A stretch of DNA of 64,000 nucleotides from Glycera tridactyla. Taxonomy: Eukaryota. Within the stretch, counting starts at the first letter, position 1; each line of letters opens with the position of its first letter. The notes under the pieces were generated by a model, which was given only the letters and a program-made list of their open reading frames with translations, did not search any database and was not told where the DNA came from. The DNA lies in assembly GCA_965644265.1 (NCBI GenBank), contig OZ286463.1, positions 109,740,001-109,804,000 on the forward strand, read 5' to 3'. Positions 62,201 to 64,000 of this stretch are shown here, one piece after another. A program made the position numbers and the translations under genes.

Positions 62201-64000
62201 TCATCCCTGGTAATCAATTGGTAATTGATGCCAAAAAATGCAGGGTCATTGGAACTACAACATGTGCTAACAAGAAATTTCTTCAAAAAGAAGAATGGTC
62301 GTCGATTTACAGCGGAGAGGTAGTAATTTAAAAGGGGGAAGTGTATGGAGTGGAGAGAGAGAGAGGGACAGAGAGAGAGGGGGGGGGGGAGACAGGCAGA
62401 CAGACACAGACAAACAGGGTGGGCCTGTCACTAGTCACTACGCACATGTATATGCTGCCTGCGGTGACCGGACGTTTCGGCCAACGGACGTTTCCCCAGG
62501 GGTTTCCCCAGTATTGGTGCTGTCTTTCACCACCGTATGTCGCTTTTGATCATGTATCTTGCTTTCTCAATGTTCTCACGAAGACATGCATCAACAATAT
62601 CCATATTCAGCAGCATTTCTCGAAATAACTACTGTTTCTCACACATTTCGCTTATTTTTCCAGGCAGTTTTGGTTTAATTCTGATGGTTCCAAACCAACT
62701 GTTTGCAAATGGTTGCAAACAGTGCATATGAGTCAAATTGCTCCACAAAATGGACGATAGTAATGTCTAGATTGAGTGGGGATCCCAGGCCGAAAACAGT
62801 ACTGTCTCCGACGGAAAAAGGCAAATATGAGGTCTAAGTGTGCAAACAATCTGAAGCTTTGCACCAGTGGAGGGTACATGTACTGATGTCAATTTGTGTA
62901 GGAGATGATTCAGGAATAAAATTCCACATTCCCATCTGACCAATATTACATGCAATTTCAAATTTTATGAAAGACATTCAATTTTGCTGAAATTTACAAC
63001 AACAAAAAACAACATTGAAGGCTTAAAAACTGTCGCGAAATCCATTTTGCTGAAATGATCAGAATTTCAGAAAAAAATAGGCCTAGGTTCTGTGGCCACA
63101 TGTTGTGACATTCTGTCAATGGTGCAAGTCATGGATGGCCTTATCATTGCAAGGGTGTCACATGTGGAGTCTCATGATATATGCTAGCATGAATAGATAG
63201 GGAATGGCTATAAGGAGAGACAATAGTTATGTTAACAGTTATTACAGAAGATTCAATTGACAGTGAATTTATTCAAACACACTTGCAGCTTTCTTATCTC
63301 CTTCATCCCCCAGTAATTACCTGAGAGATGTTTACAGTCTTTATTTATTCATCAATAGACCAACAATGGGCGTAATACTAATATGAATACATCTTATGGA
63401 CAATGGTGTACTTGAATGGTGTACTTGAAGTTGGGCTTCCTGTAGTATTCAATAGATCAAGCAAAGCCAAGTACAAGACAACTTGCTCCCACACAGGCCA
63501 AGCAGTTGGTGGAGGAGATCCCAGGTTCAAATCCAGAAGAAATCGGGTGATATCTGATAATTTAATTTGTACATTTCAATTGTGTATTATGAAACATAGT
63601 TTCATTCCGGTTAAAATTTGGTTCCATGACATTCAGCTCGATCTCACTGTCCATGGTAGTTCCCCCAACCTTGAACTCATGATAACATTGATTCTGTTTG
63701 GGACCCTGGGTTAGGACTAGTCAGCACTCATAGAGCCACAGGCTAAACCTCCTGCCATCTGGATGATGTCATGTTGGTCACTCCTCTTTAGCCAAAAGGA
63801 ATTTCTTGGCCAGTCTAGATTGTAACTCATTTATTCATCGCATCCCTATCCATTGGAAATCATGATTCTCCATGTCCAGTACCATGCTTCAAATACAGAT
63901 TCCAGATGTATAAAATAATCAAATAGCTATGATAGGTATGTTGTATGACTGATAGAAGCTCTGCCTAAAGTTTGTGGTCTATGAGTATTAGGTTAAACGC

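Noticed and set aside
62469-62510. ggacgtttc repeats read as a hammerhead/Penelope GAAAC motif
   Set aside because: No CUGANGA core at a compatible position.

Overview
Eukaryotic, animal (probably lophotrochozoan: mollusc- or annelid-like) genomic DNA, AT-rich, rich in microsatellites, with about 10 assembly gaps. (1) Host gene: the 5' part of a Runx (Runt-domain) transcription factor on the minus strand. It has a TATA+Inr promoter at about 59.27-59.29 kb, coding exon 1 at 58812-59175, exon 2 at 44230-44343 and a candidate 48-nt cassette exon at 41510-41557. I did not find the 3' exons or VWRPY, so the rest of the window is probably intron. (2) A complete, apparently very young 15.2-kb Ty3/gypsy LTR retrotransposon (3383-18599, minus strand, same sense as Runx). 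It has 1794-bp LTRs that were identical wherever compared, an AAAT target-site duplication, a tRNA-Leu PBS, a PPT, gag with two CCHC knuckles, a -1 frameshift heptamer plus pseudoknot, and an intact PR-RT-RH-IN pol. The most unusual part is the roughly 6.2 kb between pol and the 3' LTR. In the position where env would lie there is no envelope gene. Instead there are two intact zinc-finger ORFs preceded by splice-acceptor-like signals, two tRNA T-arm-like RNA modules, two CTCF-like motifs, an ACCTGCCC motif array and a 42-bp tandem repeat. The rest of the window holds TA-flanked MITEs, a tRNA-derived SINE-like head, microsatellites and decayed transposon relics. All calls come from manual reading; no database searches were run.
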